Translations under genes and position numbers: made by a program
Shown: positions 1 to 10,511 of the stretch, piece by piece
How positions within the stretch are numbered: the first letter of the stretch is position 1
Layout: each line of letters starts with the position of its first letter
Assembly (NCBI GenBank): GCA_964355955.1
Contig: CAYHFQ010000004.1
Location: forward strand, 1,162-65,161
DNA from: an uncultured Gammaproteobacteria bacterium
Lineage (GTDB): Bacteria > Patescibacteriota > Patescibacteriia > UBA9934
Reading direction: 5' to 3'
DNA length: 64,000 bases
The notes under the pieces: generated by a model
Told to the model about the DNA's origin: nothing
What the model saw: the letters and a program-made list of their open reading frames with translations, nothing else
The model's database searches: none

Positions 1-281
1 AATGGAGTGAAGAGCCAAAAGAATTCATCCGTCACGCGTTGGCTCCAAGTAAAATTACTTCGATTACGATTCATGACGATGAACGCTCGGCGACTGCACT
101 GGTGGCCGCTGATCAGTTGTCGTTGGCAATTGGCCGTGGTGGTCAGAACGTCCGTTTGGCTGCTAAGTTGACCGGTTGGAAGTTGAATATTCAGGAAGAC
201 GGCGCACCAAAAATTGCGGCCGCTGACGTAGAAGCAGCCGAGTCGTCCATTGAACCAATTCTTGAAGGGACAGCTGAATAA
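1..281 (+). CDS. nusA: Transcription termination/antitermination factor NusA, C-terminal part (5'-truncated by window)
   Basis: Frame open from window start (WSEEPKEFIRHALAPS...); KH2 signature DQLSLAIGRGGQNVRLAAKLTGWKLNI. Confidence 0.93.
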   Translation, partial: WSEEPKEFIRHALAPSKITSITIHDDERSATALVAADQLSLAIGRGGQNVRLAAKLTGWKLNIQEDGAPKIAAADVEAAESSIEPILEGTAE

Positions 282-283
282 GT

Positions 284-1045
284 ATGGGAAATATCTTTTT
301 CACCATCCTTTACCAGCCGCTGTACAACTTGCTAGTTCTGCTATTTAACCTGATTCCGGGTGGTGGCTTGGGCTTGGCGATTATCATCATGACGGTCTCG
401 ATCAAGGGTATTTTGTTCCCGTTGACTTACAAGAGCATGAAGTCGCAAAAGGACATGCAGGAGATTCAACCGAAGATTGCGGAGATTAAGGCAAAGTACA
501 AGGATGATAAGGAAACGCAGGCTAAGGAGTTGATGAGCGTGTACAAGAATAACAAGGTAAATCCGTTTGCTTCTTGTTTGCCGACCATTATACAGTTAGT
601 GATTTTTATCACTTTGTATCAAGTGTTGCGTAACGGATTAGGTACGATTGATGCCGCTAATCTCTACTCATTCGTGTATAACCCGGGTGAAATGGGCCAC
701 TGGTTCCTAGGCATTGATCTTGGCAAGGTGTCCATTCCTCTGGCGGTAATTTCTGCGATTGCGCAGTATTTCCAGGCTAAACAGATGGTGGGAGCACGTC
801 CGCCGAAGGAGGTGCGCCAGACATCCGCGGCGATGGATGAAGATATGACGGCAACTATGAACCGAATGACGGTAATAATGTTGCCACTCATGACGTTGCT
901 GATTGGTGTGACTACGTTGCCTGGTGGCTTAACTTTGTACATCTTAATTTCGACGATAGTAACTTTTGGCTTGTACCATTTCTTCTTGGGCAAGACCAAG
1001 GCTACGCCTACTACGCCGGGAATAATTGACGTAGTCGCCAAATAA
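284..1045 (+). CDS. yidC: Membrane protein insertase YidC/Oxa1
   Basis: LGLAIIIMT..KGILFPL..KS.KSQKDMQEIQPKI..IK.KYKDD...ELM.VYK.NKVNPFASCLP; C-terminal LPGGLTLY. Confidence 0.93.
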   Translation: MGNIFFTILYQPLYNLLVLLFNLIPGGGLGLAIIIMTVSIKGILFPLTYKSMKSQKDMQEIQPKIAEIKAKYKDDKETQAKELMSVYKNNKVNPFASCLPTIIQLVIFITLYQVLRNGLGTIDAANLYSFVYNPGEMGHWFLGIDLGKVSIPLAVISAIAQYFQAKQMVGARPPKEVRQTSAAMDEDMTATMNRMTVIMLPLMTLLIGVTTLPGGLTLYILISTIVTFGLYHFFLGKTKATPTTPGIIDVVAK

Positions 1046-1072
1046 ACTGGATAGGGTACAATAGCTAGCGAT

Positions 1073-2086
1073 ATGGCTACAGCTAAACATCGTATTAAGA
1101 AGGCTCTGTTAATTCTGTTAGCTTTTTTGATTGGTGGCGGTTTGTTCGCCTTGCTAATTTGGCGTACAGGACCTACGGAAACCTATGATAGCTTAGTGAT
1201 GTTCGGGATCTTGCCGTGCTTAGGCTTCATTACAATCTCACTAACTAACTTTGTACTTTATAGTTTGCGTTGGAAGTTGATTACAGACGACATTGCGCCG
1301 ACGCACAAGCTGAGTTTGGGTCGCTTCTTCTTGCACCGGATGAGTGGTTATGCGGCTGGGTATTTGACGCCAGGCTCGCAGGTAGCTGGTGAGCCAATCA
1401 GGGTGGCAATGTTGGTGGGAGACGGTATTAGTGCAAAAGAAGCGACGAGTTCGGTGGTCCTGGACCTAGCCTTTGAAATTTCGGCCGTGGTGGCGTTCAT
1501 TATTTCCGGTATTATCATTGCGGTCAGTGAAGGACTCGGTGGTACTAAAGCGGTGGCTGGAGCAGGCGTCTTTATTGTAGTAATCGTGCTAATTCTGTTG
1601 GCTTTCTTTTGGCGCTTGGCTAAAGGGGATGGCTTCTTCTCGGCGTTAATGAGACTATTCCGCTTCAATAGGGTTAAGAAGATGAAAGGGGCATATGAAT
1701 GGTTGGTGGAAACGGAAGGCCTCATGAGTAAATTTTTTGCTGGTAAGAAGGCACGCTTGGCGTTAATTGTCTGCTTGAGCATTGTCATGGTGTCGTTCAA
1801 GGCGGTGGAGGCGTTCTTTATTACGCATTTCTTTGGGGTGCCAATTAGCTTCCGTGATGGTTTCTTGTTGGCGACGTTGCCAGGCCTCGCCCTGTTGTTG
1901 CCGGTACCAGGCGGTTTGGGAGTTTACGAGGGTAGTAATGCGGCTGTCTTCTCCATGCTTGGTTTGCAATTGAATGCGGTGGCTTATACGGCGATTATTC
2001 GTATTCGTGATTTCGTATTTATCATGATTGGTGTTATTCACGCGGTGCGTCGAGGAGAGAAGCTCATAGTCTCTGAACCTGTTTAA
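1073..2086 (+). CDS. Lysylphosphatidylglycerol-synthase-TM / flippase-like membrane protein
   Basis: Multi-TM; LRWKL, TPGSQVAGEPIR and PVPGGLGVYEG motifs typical of this family. Confidence 0.75.
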   Translation: MATAKHRIKKALLILLAFLIGGGLFALLIWRTGPTETYDSLVMFGILPCLGFITISLTNFVLYSLRWKLITDDIAPTHKLSLGRFFLHRMSGYAAGYLTPGSQVAGEPIRVAMLVGDGISAKEATSSVVLDLAFEISAVVAFIISGIIIAVSEGLGGTKAVAGAGVFIVVIVLILLAFFWRLAKGDGFFSALMRLFRFNRVKKMKGAYEWLVETEGLMSKFFAGKKARLALIVCLSIVMVSFKAVEAFFITHFFGVPISFRDGFLLATLPGLALLLPVPGGLGVYEGSNAAVFSMLGLQLNAVAYTAIIRIRDFVFIMIGVIHAVRRGEKLIVSEPV

Positions 2087-2087
2087 T

Positions 2088-3014
2088 ATGTTCACCGAAC
2101 CCGAAAGCATATCGCTCGCTTCGGTGCTCGAGTGGGATTGTTTTAGAGTGCTGGCTTATTTTGCGTATTTTAAATATCCGTTGACGGCGTTTGAGGTGTG
2201 GAAGTGGCTATATGCGCCGGAAGGAAAGTGGGCGTTGGCTGAGGTGGTAGATGTACTCCAGAATTCTAGTTGGCTGAATGAACGAGTGAGTAGTAAGAAC
2301 GGGTTTTATGCGCTCGGCACAAGTATTGACGAACAGCTGCAAGATAGGCAATTGCGCTTACATGATGCTTTGCGGAAGTATGGGGTGCTGGCACCGGTGT
2401 TGAAATATTTGGGACGTTTGCCCTTTGTAGAAGGGGTGTTTGTCTGTAACTCGCTAGCTTGGCAGCACACCAATGCGGAGAGTGATATTGATTTGTTTAT
2501 AGTGACGCGGCCAGGTCGAGTATGGACGGTTAGACTACTAGCCGTGGCGATGATGGCGCTGCTGCGTAAACGCCCAGGGGAAGCGAAGATTGACCCGGTT
2601 TGTTGTAGTTTTTTTGTAGATTGTGATCACCTGGATTTGGCGTCGCTTAAAATTGACGAACAGGACCCGTATTTAGCTTTTTGGTTGGCTACTTTGGTGC
2701 CAATGGTGGATAAAAAGGGGATTGCGACTAGGTTGCGGGTAATGAACAGGTGGGTCGACGAGGTACTACCGAATGCTAAGAGCGTGGTACGAGTTAGCCG
2801 TTGGCTGCCGAAACAGATGAAAGCCTGGCCGTTGCCGATCCTGGCCGAAGCGAAGTCGCGGGAAATACAGGAGAAGAGGTTTACTGGTGTCATTCGAGAA
2901 ATGAGGAATGTTGATACGCGGGTGGTAGTCAATGATTTTATGTTAAAATTCCATGAGAATGATAGACGGGCTGAGATTATTCAAGCTTTAGCAGATACTC
3001 TATGCGCTTCTTAA
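2088..3014 (+). CDS. Conserved hypothetical protein with nucleotidyltransferase-like domain
   Basis: GVFVCNSLA...ESDIDLFIV resembles the Pol-beta NTase GS...DxD motif; N-terminal winged-helix-like segment. Confidence 0.6.
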   Translation: MFTEPESISLASVLEWDCFRVLAYFAYFKYPLTAFEVWKWLYAPEGKWALAEVVDVLQNSSWLNERVSSKNGFYALGTSIDEQLQDRQLRLHDALRKYGVLAPVLKYLGRLPFVEGVFVCNSLAWQHTNAESDIDLFIVTRPGRVWTVRLLAVAMMALLRKRPGEAKIDPVCCSFFVDCDHLDLASLKIDEQDPYLAFWLATLVPMVDKKGIATRLRVMNRWVDEVLPNAKSVVRVSRWLPKQMKAWPLPILAEAKSREIQEKRFTGVIREMRNVDTRVVVNDFMLKFHENDRRAEIIQALADTLCAS

Positions 3015-4315
3015 AGGAATTTTTTGCTAAGTATAGTTGGTTGACGTGGTGGCTGACGGCTTTCTTCTTTTTGCTGCCGTGGCAGACACATTATCTTTTT
3101 GCGACGACCTTGATTGGTGGCGTGGCCTCGCCGTTTGGAGACGTGAGTTTGTATGTGACTGAAGTGTTTTTGTGGGTTGGCGTGTTGGCCTCGTTTGTGA
3201 GAAAGCAAGACAGGCCTAAGTTTGACGTTTCGAGTAAGAAGCCGTTGTTGTTTGCCGCCTTGGTGTTTGTGATGGCGACGTTGTCAGTGATGGGGAGCGC
3301 TCACGAGTCAATTTCGTTCGCGATGCTGTTGCACTTGGCCTCGGCTTTGGCGGTGTTTGTGATGTTATTGAGCAGGAAAGTTGAATGGCGGCCGATTTTG
3401 GCTGGCTTTGGTTTGGGCTTGGTGGTTCCGGCAGTTGTCGGGGTTTGGCAGATTGTGGTTGATTGGTCGCCAGCATCGACGATTTTTGGCTTGGCCAGCC
3501 GAGATGCGAATAATTTAGGTGATGCAATTACGCTCAAAAATGGCGTGCGCGAACTGCGGGCTTATGGCAGCTTTCCACACCCGAATATTTTCGCTGGTTA
3601 CTTGGCGGTTGGCGTGTTGTGTTTGCGGACGCTGTTGATTCGAGCGAAGAAGGGAAATTATCGACGGATGCTGCTGGCGAGCATGTTACTGCTGACAATT
3701 TTGTTGGTTTATACAGGGTCGCGCTCGGCCATGCTCGGCTTGCTGCTCGGCATTGGTTTGGCGGCGTTCGTGACGTATTACAAGAATACGGCCAAGGCGA
3801 GAATACTGGTGGTGCCAATCGCGCTTGTGGTGATTGGTGGCGCCTTGCTTGGCACGTTTTTGGCGCCGAATATTGCGGCTTCATTGCGTGGCGGGGGAGT
3901 ATTCGAGGATCAATCGGTTAGTGACAGAGTAGCGCAGTATACAGCGTATCCGGCAATGATTGGCCGTGATGTTGGGCAAGTGCTGGTTGGGTCAGGCATT
4001 GGCACTTATGCCATGACTTGGTCTGAAGTTAAACCAGGCCAGTCAGTGTGGGATTACGAGCCGATTCATAATATTCCGTTCTTGATTTTGGCGGAAATTG
4101 GCTTGCTTGGCTTGATTGCGGTGCTACTGTGGGCGTCGTCGATTGATAAGATTAACTTTGCACGCTTCCCGAACCATGACGCCTTGATGGCGTTTGCGAT
4201 GGGGAATGTGGTGCTCGTCATTCTTTTCTTCGATCATTACATTTGGTCGAGTTATGCGGGGCTCGTATTGATTGCGTTCGTGATGGCGCTGACTGTACGA
4301 ATGGGAGAGAAATAG
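3002..4315 (+). CDS. O-antigen ligase (Wzy_C) family membrane glycosyltransferase
   Basis: Multi-TM; RAYGSFPHPNIFAGYL, TGSRSA, GSGIG and PIHNIPFLILAEIGLLG motifs. Confidence 0.82.
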   Translation: MRFLKEFFAKYSWLTWWLTAFFFLLPWQTHYLFATTLIGGVASPFGDVSLYVTEVFLWVGVLASFVRKQDRPKFDVSSKKPLLFAALVFVMATLSVMGSAHESISFAMLLHLASALAVFVMLLSRKVEWRPILAGFGLGLVVPAVVGVWQIVVDWSPASTIFGLASRDANNLGDAITLKNGVRELRAYGSFPHPNIFAGYLAVGVLCLRTLLIRAKKGNYRRMLLASMLLLTILLVYTGSRSAMLGLLLGIGLAAFVTYYKNTAKARILVVPIALVVIGGALLGTFLAPNIAASLRGGGVFEDQSVSDRVAQYTAYPAMIGRDVGQVLVGSGIGTYAMTWSEVKPGQSVWDYEPIHNIPFLILAEIGLLGLIAVLLWASSIDKINFARFPNHDALMAFAMGNVVLVILFFDHYIWSSYAGLVLIAFVMALTVRMGEK

Positions 4316-4316
4316 A

Positions 4317-4463
4317 CGCTCGCAACCGCCGTATCTCCTGTTCCTAGCTGCGCCTCGTCAACCGTGCCAGCCGGCTCACCTCGTATGACTCGGGGGTTGG
4401 CACAGGGCCGAGGCTGGCGTCGTCACAGGAGACACGACAGTCGTTCGCTTCTACAAGGCTCTG
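4317..4463. repeat. Structured intergenic repeat family A, copy 1
   Basis: ~147 bp CGCTCGCAACC...CTACAAGGCTCTG, alignable with copies at 4838, 57886 and 60449; nested inverted repeats. Confidence 0.92.
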
Positions 4464-4481
4464 ACCCTAAGAATTTACGAT

Positions 4482-4508
4482 TTGGCAGTCATTGACAATG
4501 AGTGCCAA
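4482..4508 (+). promoter_or_regulatory. CIRCE (HrcA operator) upstream of groES
   Basis: TTGGCAGTC-N9-GAGTGCCAA versus consensus TTAGCACTC-N9-GAGTGCTAA; spacer contains TTGACA; 39 nt upstream of the groES ATG. Confidence 0.82.
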
Positions 4509-4547
4509 TTTTGACAATATGAGGTTGAAAACTTAACTGATATTTCT

Positions 4548-4835
4548 ATGCAATTAAGACCGCTCGGAGGACATATCATTGTTGAGGCTAAGGTAAAAGA
4601 AAGTAAGACCGCTTCGGGGATTTTTTTGCCAGAGAATGAGGAAAAACAGCCGGAACAGGGTAAAGTGATTGCTGTCGGTCCGGGCAAGTTTTTGGAGAAT
4701 GGGATGAGGCAGATTATAGAAGTGAAGGTTGGCGATACCATCGTTTTTAAAAAATATGGGCCGGATGAGGTGGAGGTTGAAGGGAAGAAGTTTTTAGTGG
4801 TCGCCGCGGAAGATATTATGGCAGTGATTGAATAG
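4548..4835 (+). CDS. groES: Co-chaperonin GroES
   Basis: LRPLGGHIIVE..KTASGIFLP..EKQPEQGKVIAVGPG..VKVGDTIVF. Confidence 0.97.
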   Translation: MQLRPLGGHIIVEAKVKESKTASGIFLPENEEKQPEQGKVIAVGPGKFLENGMRQIIEVKVGDTIVFKKYGPDEVEVEGKKFLVVAAEDIMAVIE

Positions 4836-4837
4836 TT

Positions 4838-4984
4838 CGCTCGCAACCGCCGTATCTCCTGTTCCTAGCTGCACCTCGTCAACCGTAACGGCCGTCTCAC
4901 CTCGTATGACTCGGGCGCCGTTACAGGGCCGAGGCTGGCGTCGTCACAGGAGACACGGCAGTCGCTCGCTCCTACAAGGCTCTG
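4838..4984. repeat. Structured intergenic repeat family A, copy 2
   Basis: Near-identical to copy 1 with compensatory inner stem GTAACGGC/GCCGTTAC; lies between groES and groEL. Confidence 0.92.
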
Positions 4985-5001
4985 GCTCATGAATGATTTA
5001 A

Positions 5002-6660
<1,659 letters not shown>

Positions 6661-6663
<3 letters not shown>

Positions 6664-6819
6664 CTTCGTAACTCGTACAGCTTCTCGTTCGGCCTTCATC
6701 GGGTCCTGCCGACTGCGGACCCCATTGGGTGCTCACTAGCGTTGCGCGCCCAATAGGGGACCCCCCTCCGTGTCACCCGATTAGAGGAAGCTTGTTTACG
6801 AGGCCTTCTCTCGAAGCTA
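6661..6819. repeat. Long imperfect palindromic intergenic element (singleton in window)
   Basis: Nested pairs TAGCTTCG/CGAAGCTA, CTCGTA/TACGAG, ATCGGGT/ACCCGAT, ATTGGGTGC/GCGCCCAAT. Confidence 0.7.
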
Positions 6820-6859
6820 TTCTCCACGCTAAAGGCCTCCGTCACACTAAAAAGTTTAA

Positions 6860-6887
6860 TCTACTTTCTACCCTCTACAATCTACCA
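6860..6887. repeat. Heptamer tandem array TCTACNN x4
   Basis: TCTACTT TCTACCC TCTACAA TCTACCA directly upstream of the prfB ATG. Confidence 0.6.
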
Positions 6888-6899
6888 ACCTATTACCCT

Positions 6900-8018
6900 A
6901 TGTCCCACCTCCGTAATCGCTTAAAAGAATTAGAGAATAGGCTCGCGAAGGCGACGGTGGCTTTGGGTTTAGAAGTGTCGAGGGCGAGGATTGCGGAGAT
7001 TGAGGGGGAGATGAATGACCCGGCTTTTTGGAGTGAGCAGGCAAAGGCCCGCATGGTGTCGCAGGAGTCGGCGGAATTGAAGAAAGAGCTAGCTGAGTTT
7101 GATTCGGTTAAGAAAGAATTAGCGGATTTAGATGCGCTCGATAAAATGGCGGAGGAAGAAAATGATGATGAGATGCTGAAGGAGGAAGAGGTGGCGTTGA
7201 CGGTTTTGGAGGCAAAGTTTGCCAAAATGGAGTTCCAGATGCTGCTCAGCGGTGAGTATGACCAGCGCAATGCGATTATGTCATTTCATGCCGGAGCAGG
7301 CGGTACTGATGCGCTCGATTGGGTGGCGATGTTGATTAGGATGTATGCCCGATTTGCGGAGACGCATGATTGGACGTTCGAGGTACTCGATGAATCGCGG
7401 GGTGAAGAAACGGGCTATAAGAGCGCGACGATTGCGGTGCGCGGCAGGTTTGCTTACGGTTGGCTGCGGAGTGAAGCTGGCGTCCACCGCTTGGTGCGTA
7501 TTTCACCGTTTGATGCGGAGAAGATGCGACACACCACGTTTGCGCTAGTGGAGGTGCTGCCGGAGTTTGAGGAGGTGGATGAAAAGAATCTGGTGATACC
7601 GGACGATGACTTGCGGATTGATACGTTCTTGTCTTCGGGCAAGGGTGGGCAGTCGGTAAATACCACATATTCCGCGGTACGAATTACGCATTTACCAACG
7701 GGGATCGCGGTGTCGTGTCAAAATGAGCGTTCGCAGTCACAGAATAAAGAGACGGCCATGCGGGTGTTGAAGTCCCGGCTCCACGCGATTATGGTGAAGG
7801 AACGGGCGGCGGCACTGAGCGATATTAAAGGCGAACACAAGAGTGCAGAATGGGGCAATCAGATTAGGAGTTACGTATTGCACCCATATAAGCTGGTAAA
7901 GGATCACCGCACAGACGTGGAGACGGTGGATACGGAAGCGGTGTTGGGTGGCGGTTTAACCCAGTTTATGGAGGCTTATTTGCGAATGGATGCGGAAGTG
8001 CGGAATGGTGTTGCCTAG
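6900..8018 (+). CDS. prfB: Peptide chain release factor 2 (continuous ORF, no programmed frameshift)
   Basis: RISPFDA (SPF specificity motif), SGKGGQSVN (GGQ), WGNQIRSYVLHPY; start at ATG 6900 (MSHLRNRL). Confidence 0.95.
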   Translation: MSHLRNRLKELENRLAKATVALGLEVSRARIAEIEGEMNDPAFWSEQAKARMVSQESAELKKELAEFDSVKKELADLDALDKMAEEENDDEMLKEEEVALTVLEAKFAKMEFQMLLSGEYDQRNAIMSFHAGAGGTDALDWVAMLIRMYARFAETHDWTFEVLDESRGEETGYKSATIAVRGRFAYGWLRSEAGVHRLVRISPFDAEKMRHTTFALVEVLPEFEEVDEKNLVIPDDDLRIDTFLSSGKGGQSVNTTYSAVRITHLPTGIAVSCQNERSQSQNKETAMRVLKSRLHAIMVKERAAALSDIKGEHKSAEWGNQIRSYVLHPYKLVKDHRTDVETVDTEAVLGGGLTQFMEAYLRMDAEVRNGVA

Positions 8019-8049
8019 AGATGCGAAGAGTGTTACTTTGGATAAATCT

Positions 8050-8973
8050 ATGGCGTACTCGAAAGTAATCGTAACTGGCGGGGCGGGGTTTATTGGCTCG
8101 CATTTAGTTGATGCTTTGGTGGCCAAGGGCTGCCAAGTTGTTGTGTTAGATAAAGAAGCTCCGAATGAGGAGAGGCGCAATGTGGCGGCGAAGTATGAGC
8201 AGTGTGATATTCGTGATGCGGTCGTGCGAGAGATTTTTATTACTGAGCAGCCGGAAGTAGTTTTTCATTTGGCGGCGCATGTTGATGATAGGGAATCGGT
8301 GAAGGAGCCAGTCATGAATGCGGAGAATAATATCATTGGTTCATTGAACGTTTTTGAGGCGGCGCGATTAGTCGGAATAAAAAAGATTATTTTTCCGTCG
8401 ACGAGTGTGGTTTACGGCTCGGCGGAAATGAGGCCGACGAGTGAAGACGAACTGCCTAAGCCGTTAACACCGTACGCGGTGTCGAAGCTAGCTGGTGAAC
8501 GTTATTTGCATTGTTACCGCGCTTTGTATGGTGTCGACTATGTGGCTTTGCGTTTGAGTAATGTTTACGGGCCAAGGCAGGACGGCAGTAAAGAATGTGG
8601 AGCGATGGCGATTTTTACCAGCAAGTTGTTGGCTGGGGAACCGGTCAAGATGAATAATGACGGCTTGACGACGCGTGATTATGTTTATGTAAGCGACGTG
8701 ATAGAGGCAATGCTGGCGGCGGCTGAGAGCGAGGCTACGGGCGTTTATAATATTGGAACGGGAGTTGCTACGTCGACGAATGAGCTGTTGGCTATGGTGG
8801 TAAAAGAGCTTGGTGTGATGCCAGAAATTGTGGCTCGACCAGAAGTAATGGATGAGGTGAAGCACGTCGCACTTGAGGCTACGAAGGCTAAGAATGAGTT
8901 TAGTTGGACGCCGCAAGTGCGGTTGGCCGATGGGCTAGCGTCGACGATTGCTTGGTATAAAGCTCGCTTATGA
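8050..8973 (+). CDS. NAD-dependent epimerase/dehydratase (UDP-glucose 4-epimerase-like)
   Basis: TGGAGFIGSH, YAVSK (YxxxK), NVYGPRQ, TRDYVYVSD. Confidence 0.9.
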   Translation: MAYSKVIVTGGAGFIGSHLVDALVAKGCQVVVLDKEAPNEERRNVAAKYEQCDIRDAVVREIFITEQPEVVFHLAAHVDDRESVKEPVMNAENNIIGSLNVFEAARLVGIKKIIFPSTSVVYGSAEMRPTSEDELPKPLTPYAVSKLAGERYLHCYRALYGVDYVALRLSNVYGPRQDGSKECGAMAIFTSKLLAGEPVKMNNDGLTTRDYVYVSDVIEAMLAAAESEATGVYNIGTGVATSTNELLAMVVKELGVMPEIVARPEVMDEVKHVALEATKAKNEFSWTPQVRLADGLASTIAWYKARL

Positions 8974-9902
8974 AAGTTTTAGTCACAGGTGGAGCTGGGT
9001 TTGTGGGGTCACATCTGGTAGATGGCTTGGTTGAGGCTGGCTATGACGTGGTAGTGGTGGACCATCACCAGCGGGAGAAGTTACGTTATCCGAATGAAAA
9101 AACGGTGGTCTATAAAATTGCTTTTAATGATCCGCAGATGGCGGACGTATTGGCGGATGAAAAGCCGGACGTGATTTGTCATTTGGCGGCGCAGATTAGT
9201 GTGACCAAGTCGATTGCCGATCCGTTGTTTGATGCCGATCGTAACATTGTTGATTCATTGCAGCTGTTGGAACGAGCACGCTTGGCTGGGGTCAAGAAAA
9301 TCGTCTTTGCTTCGAGTGGAGGAGCGATTTATGGCGATTATGCGGTGCGACCGACGCCACTAGCGGAAGATAGTCAGCCGACCACGCCGTATGGTGTGAG
9401 TAAACAGGTTTTTGAATATTATTTGGCAGCCTATTACAAAATGTATGGGTTGGACTACGTGGCGCTGCGTTTTGCGAATATTTACGGGCCACGTCAACAG
9501 GCGAGCAAACTGGGAGAAGAGGGCAATGTGATCTCCATCTTTTTGAACCGTTTGTTGACGGGGAAGCCAGTGACAATTTTTGGTGATGGATCCGCTTCGC
9601 GCGATTATTTGTTCGTGTTGGATGCGGTGCAGGCGTTTATTCGGGCGATTGAGAGCGATTACGTGGGGAAGGTGAACGTTAGTACGAGTGAGGAGACTTC
9701 GGTGCAAGAGTTGTTCGATAAAATGGTGGCCATTCACGGGACGAAACACGAGGCGGATTACGAGCCGTTTCGTAATGGGGAGACCATGAGAAGTGTGCTC
9801 GATAACTCGTCGGCTAAGGCATTTTTGGGTTGGGAGCCGGAAACGAGTCTCGACGAAGGGTTGAAAGAGACGTACGATTGGTTCATGCAGGTTTTTAAGT
9901 AA
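8970..9902 (+). CDS. NAD-dependent epimerase/dehydratase (UDP-glucose 4-epimerase-like), tandem paralog
   Basis: TGGAGFVGSH, SSGGAIYG, YGVSK, NIYGPRQ; ATGA overlap with the previous gene. Confidence 0.9.
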   Translation: MKVLVTGGAGFVGSHLVDGLVEAGYDVVVVDHHQREKLRYPNEKTVVYKIAFNDPQMADVLADEKPDVICHLAAQISVTKSIADPLFDADRNIVDSLQLLERARLAGVKKIVFASSGGAIYGDYAVRPTPLAEDSQPTTPYGVSKQVFEYYLAAYYKMYGLDYVALRFANIYGPRQQASKLGEEGNVISIFLNRLLTGKPVTIFGDGSASRDYLFVLDAVQAFIRAIESDYVGKVNVSTSEETSVQELFDKMVAIHGTKHEADYEPFRNGETMRSVLDNSSAKAFLGWEPETSLDEGLKETYDWFMQVFK

Positions 9903-9905
9903 AAT

Positions 9906-10511
9906 ATGAAACGTTTAACCGTGGACGATATTGAGGAAGCGATTACCCTCCTGAAGAATGGAGGAGTTATTGTGTATCCAACGGAAACGTCATACGGTTT
10001 GGGTTGTGATGCGACAAATTTGGCGGCAGTGGAAAGGATTTTTGCGATCAAGGGGCGGCCGGAGAGTAAAGCATTGTCGGTAATTTTACCGTCGCTTAAA
10101 GAGGCGACTAAGTATGTTATTTTGCGGACGTATTCTAGCCGTTTAGCCGCACATTATTGGCCAGGGCCATTTACGTTGGTGTCGGAAAAGCAACCAGCGT
10201 CGCCCTTGTCACCGCATTGTGCTAGGCGAAATAGGCATGCGGTACGAGTTTCGTCGCATCCGGTGGCAGCAGCTTTGGCAGTAGGCTTGGGTGTGCCGAT
10301 TGTGGCTACGAGTGCCAATATTTCTGGAACAAAGGATATTTATAATATTGCTGACGTTTTGGCGACGTATGAGGGTTCGGCAAATGAGCCGGATGCCTAT
10401 ATTGACGGGGGAGATTTGCCGGTGGTGCCGCCGAGTACAATTGTGGAGCTGGGTCAAGAAGGTTTTAAGGTATTGCGCCAAGGTGGCCTCGTAATTCGAC
10501 CAGTATGGTAG
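9906..10511 (+). CDS. tsaC: L-threonylcarbamoyladenylate synthase (TsaC/YrdC/Sua5)
   Basis: YPTETSYGLG, IKGRP, WPGPFT, ATSANISG, PSTIV. Confidence 0.92.
   Translation: MKRLTVDDIEEAITLLKNGGVIVYPTETSYGLGCDATNLAAVERIFAIKGRPESKALSVILPSLKEATKYVILRTYSSRLAAHYWPGPFTLVSEKQPASPLSPHCARRNRHAVRVSSHPVAAALAVGLGVPIVATSANISGTKDIYNIADVLATYEGSANEPDAYIDGGDLPVVPPSTIVELGQEGFKVLRQGGLVIRPVW

Noticed and set aside
6729-6899. N-terminal extension of RF2 given by the ORF track
   Set aside because: It runs through the palindromic element and heptamer array and has no RF2 similarity; ATG 6900 gives a normal length.
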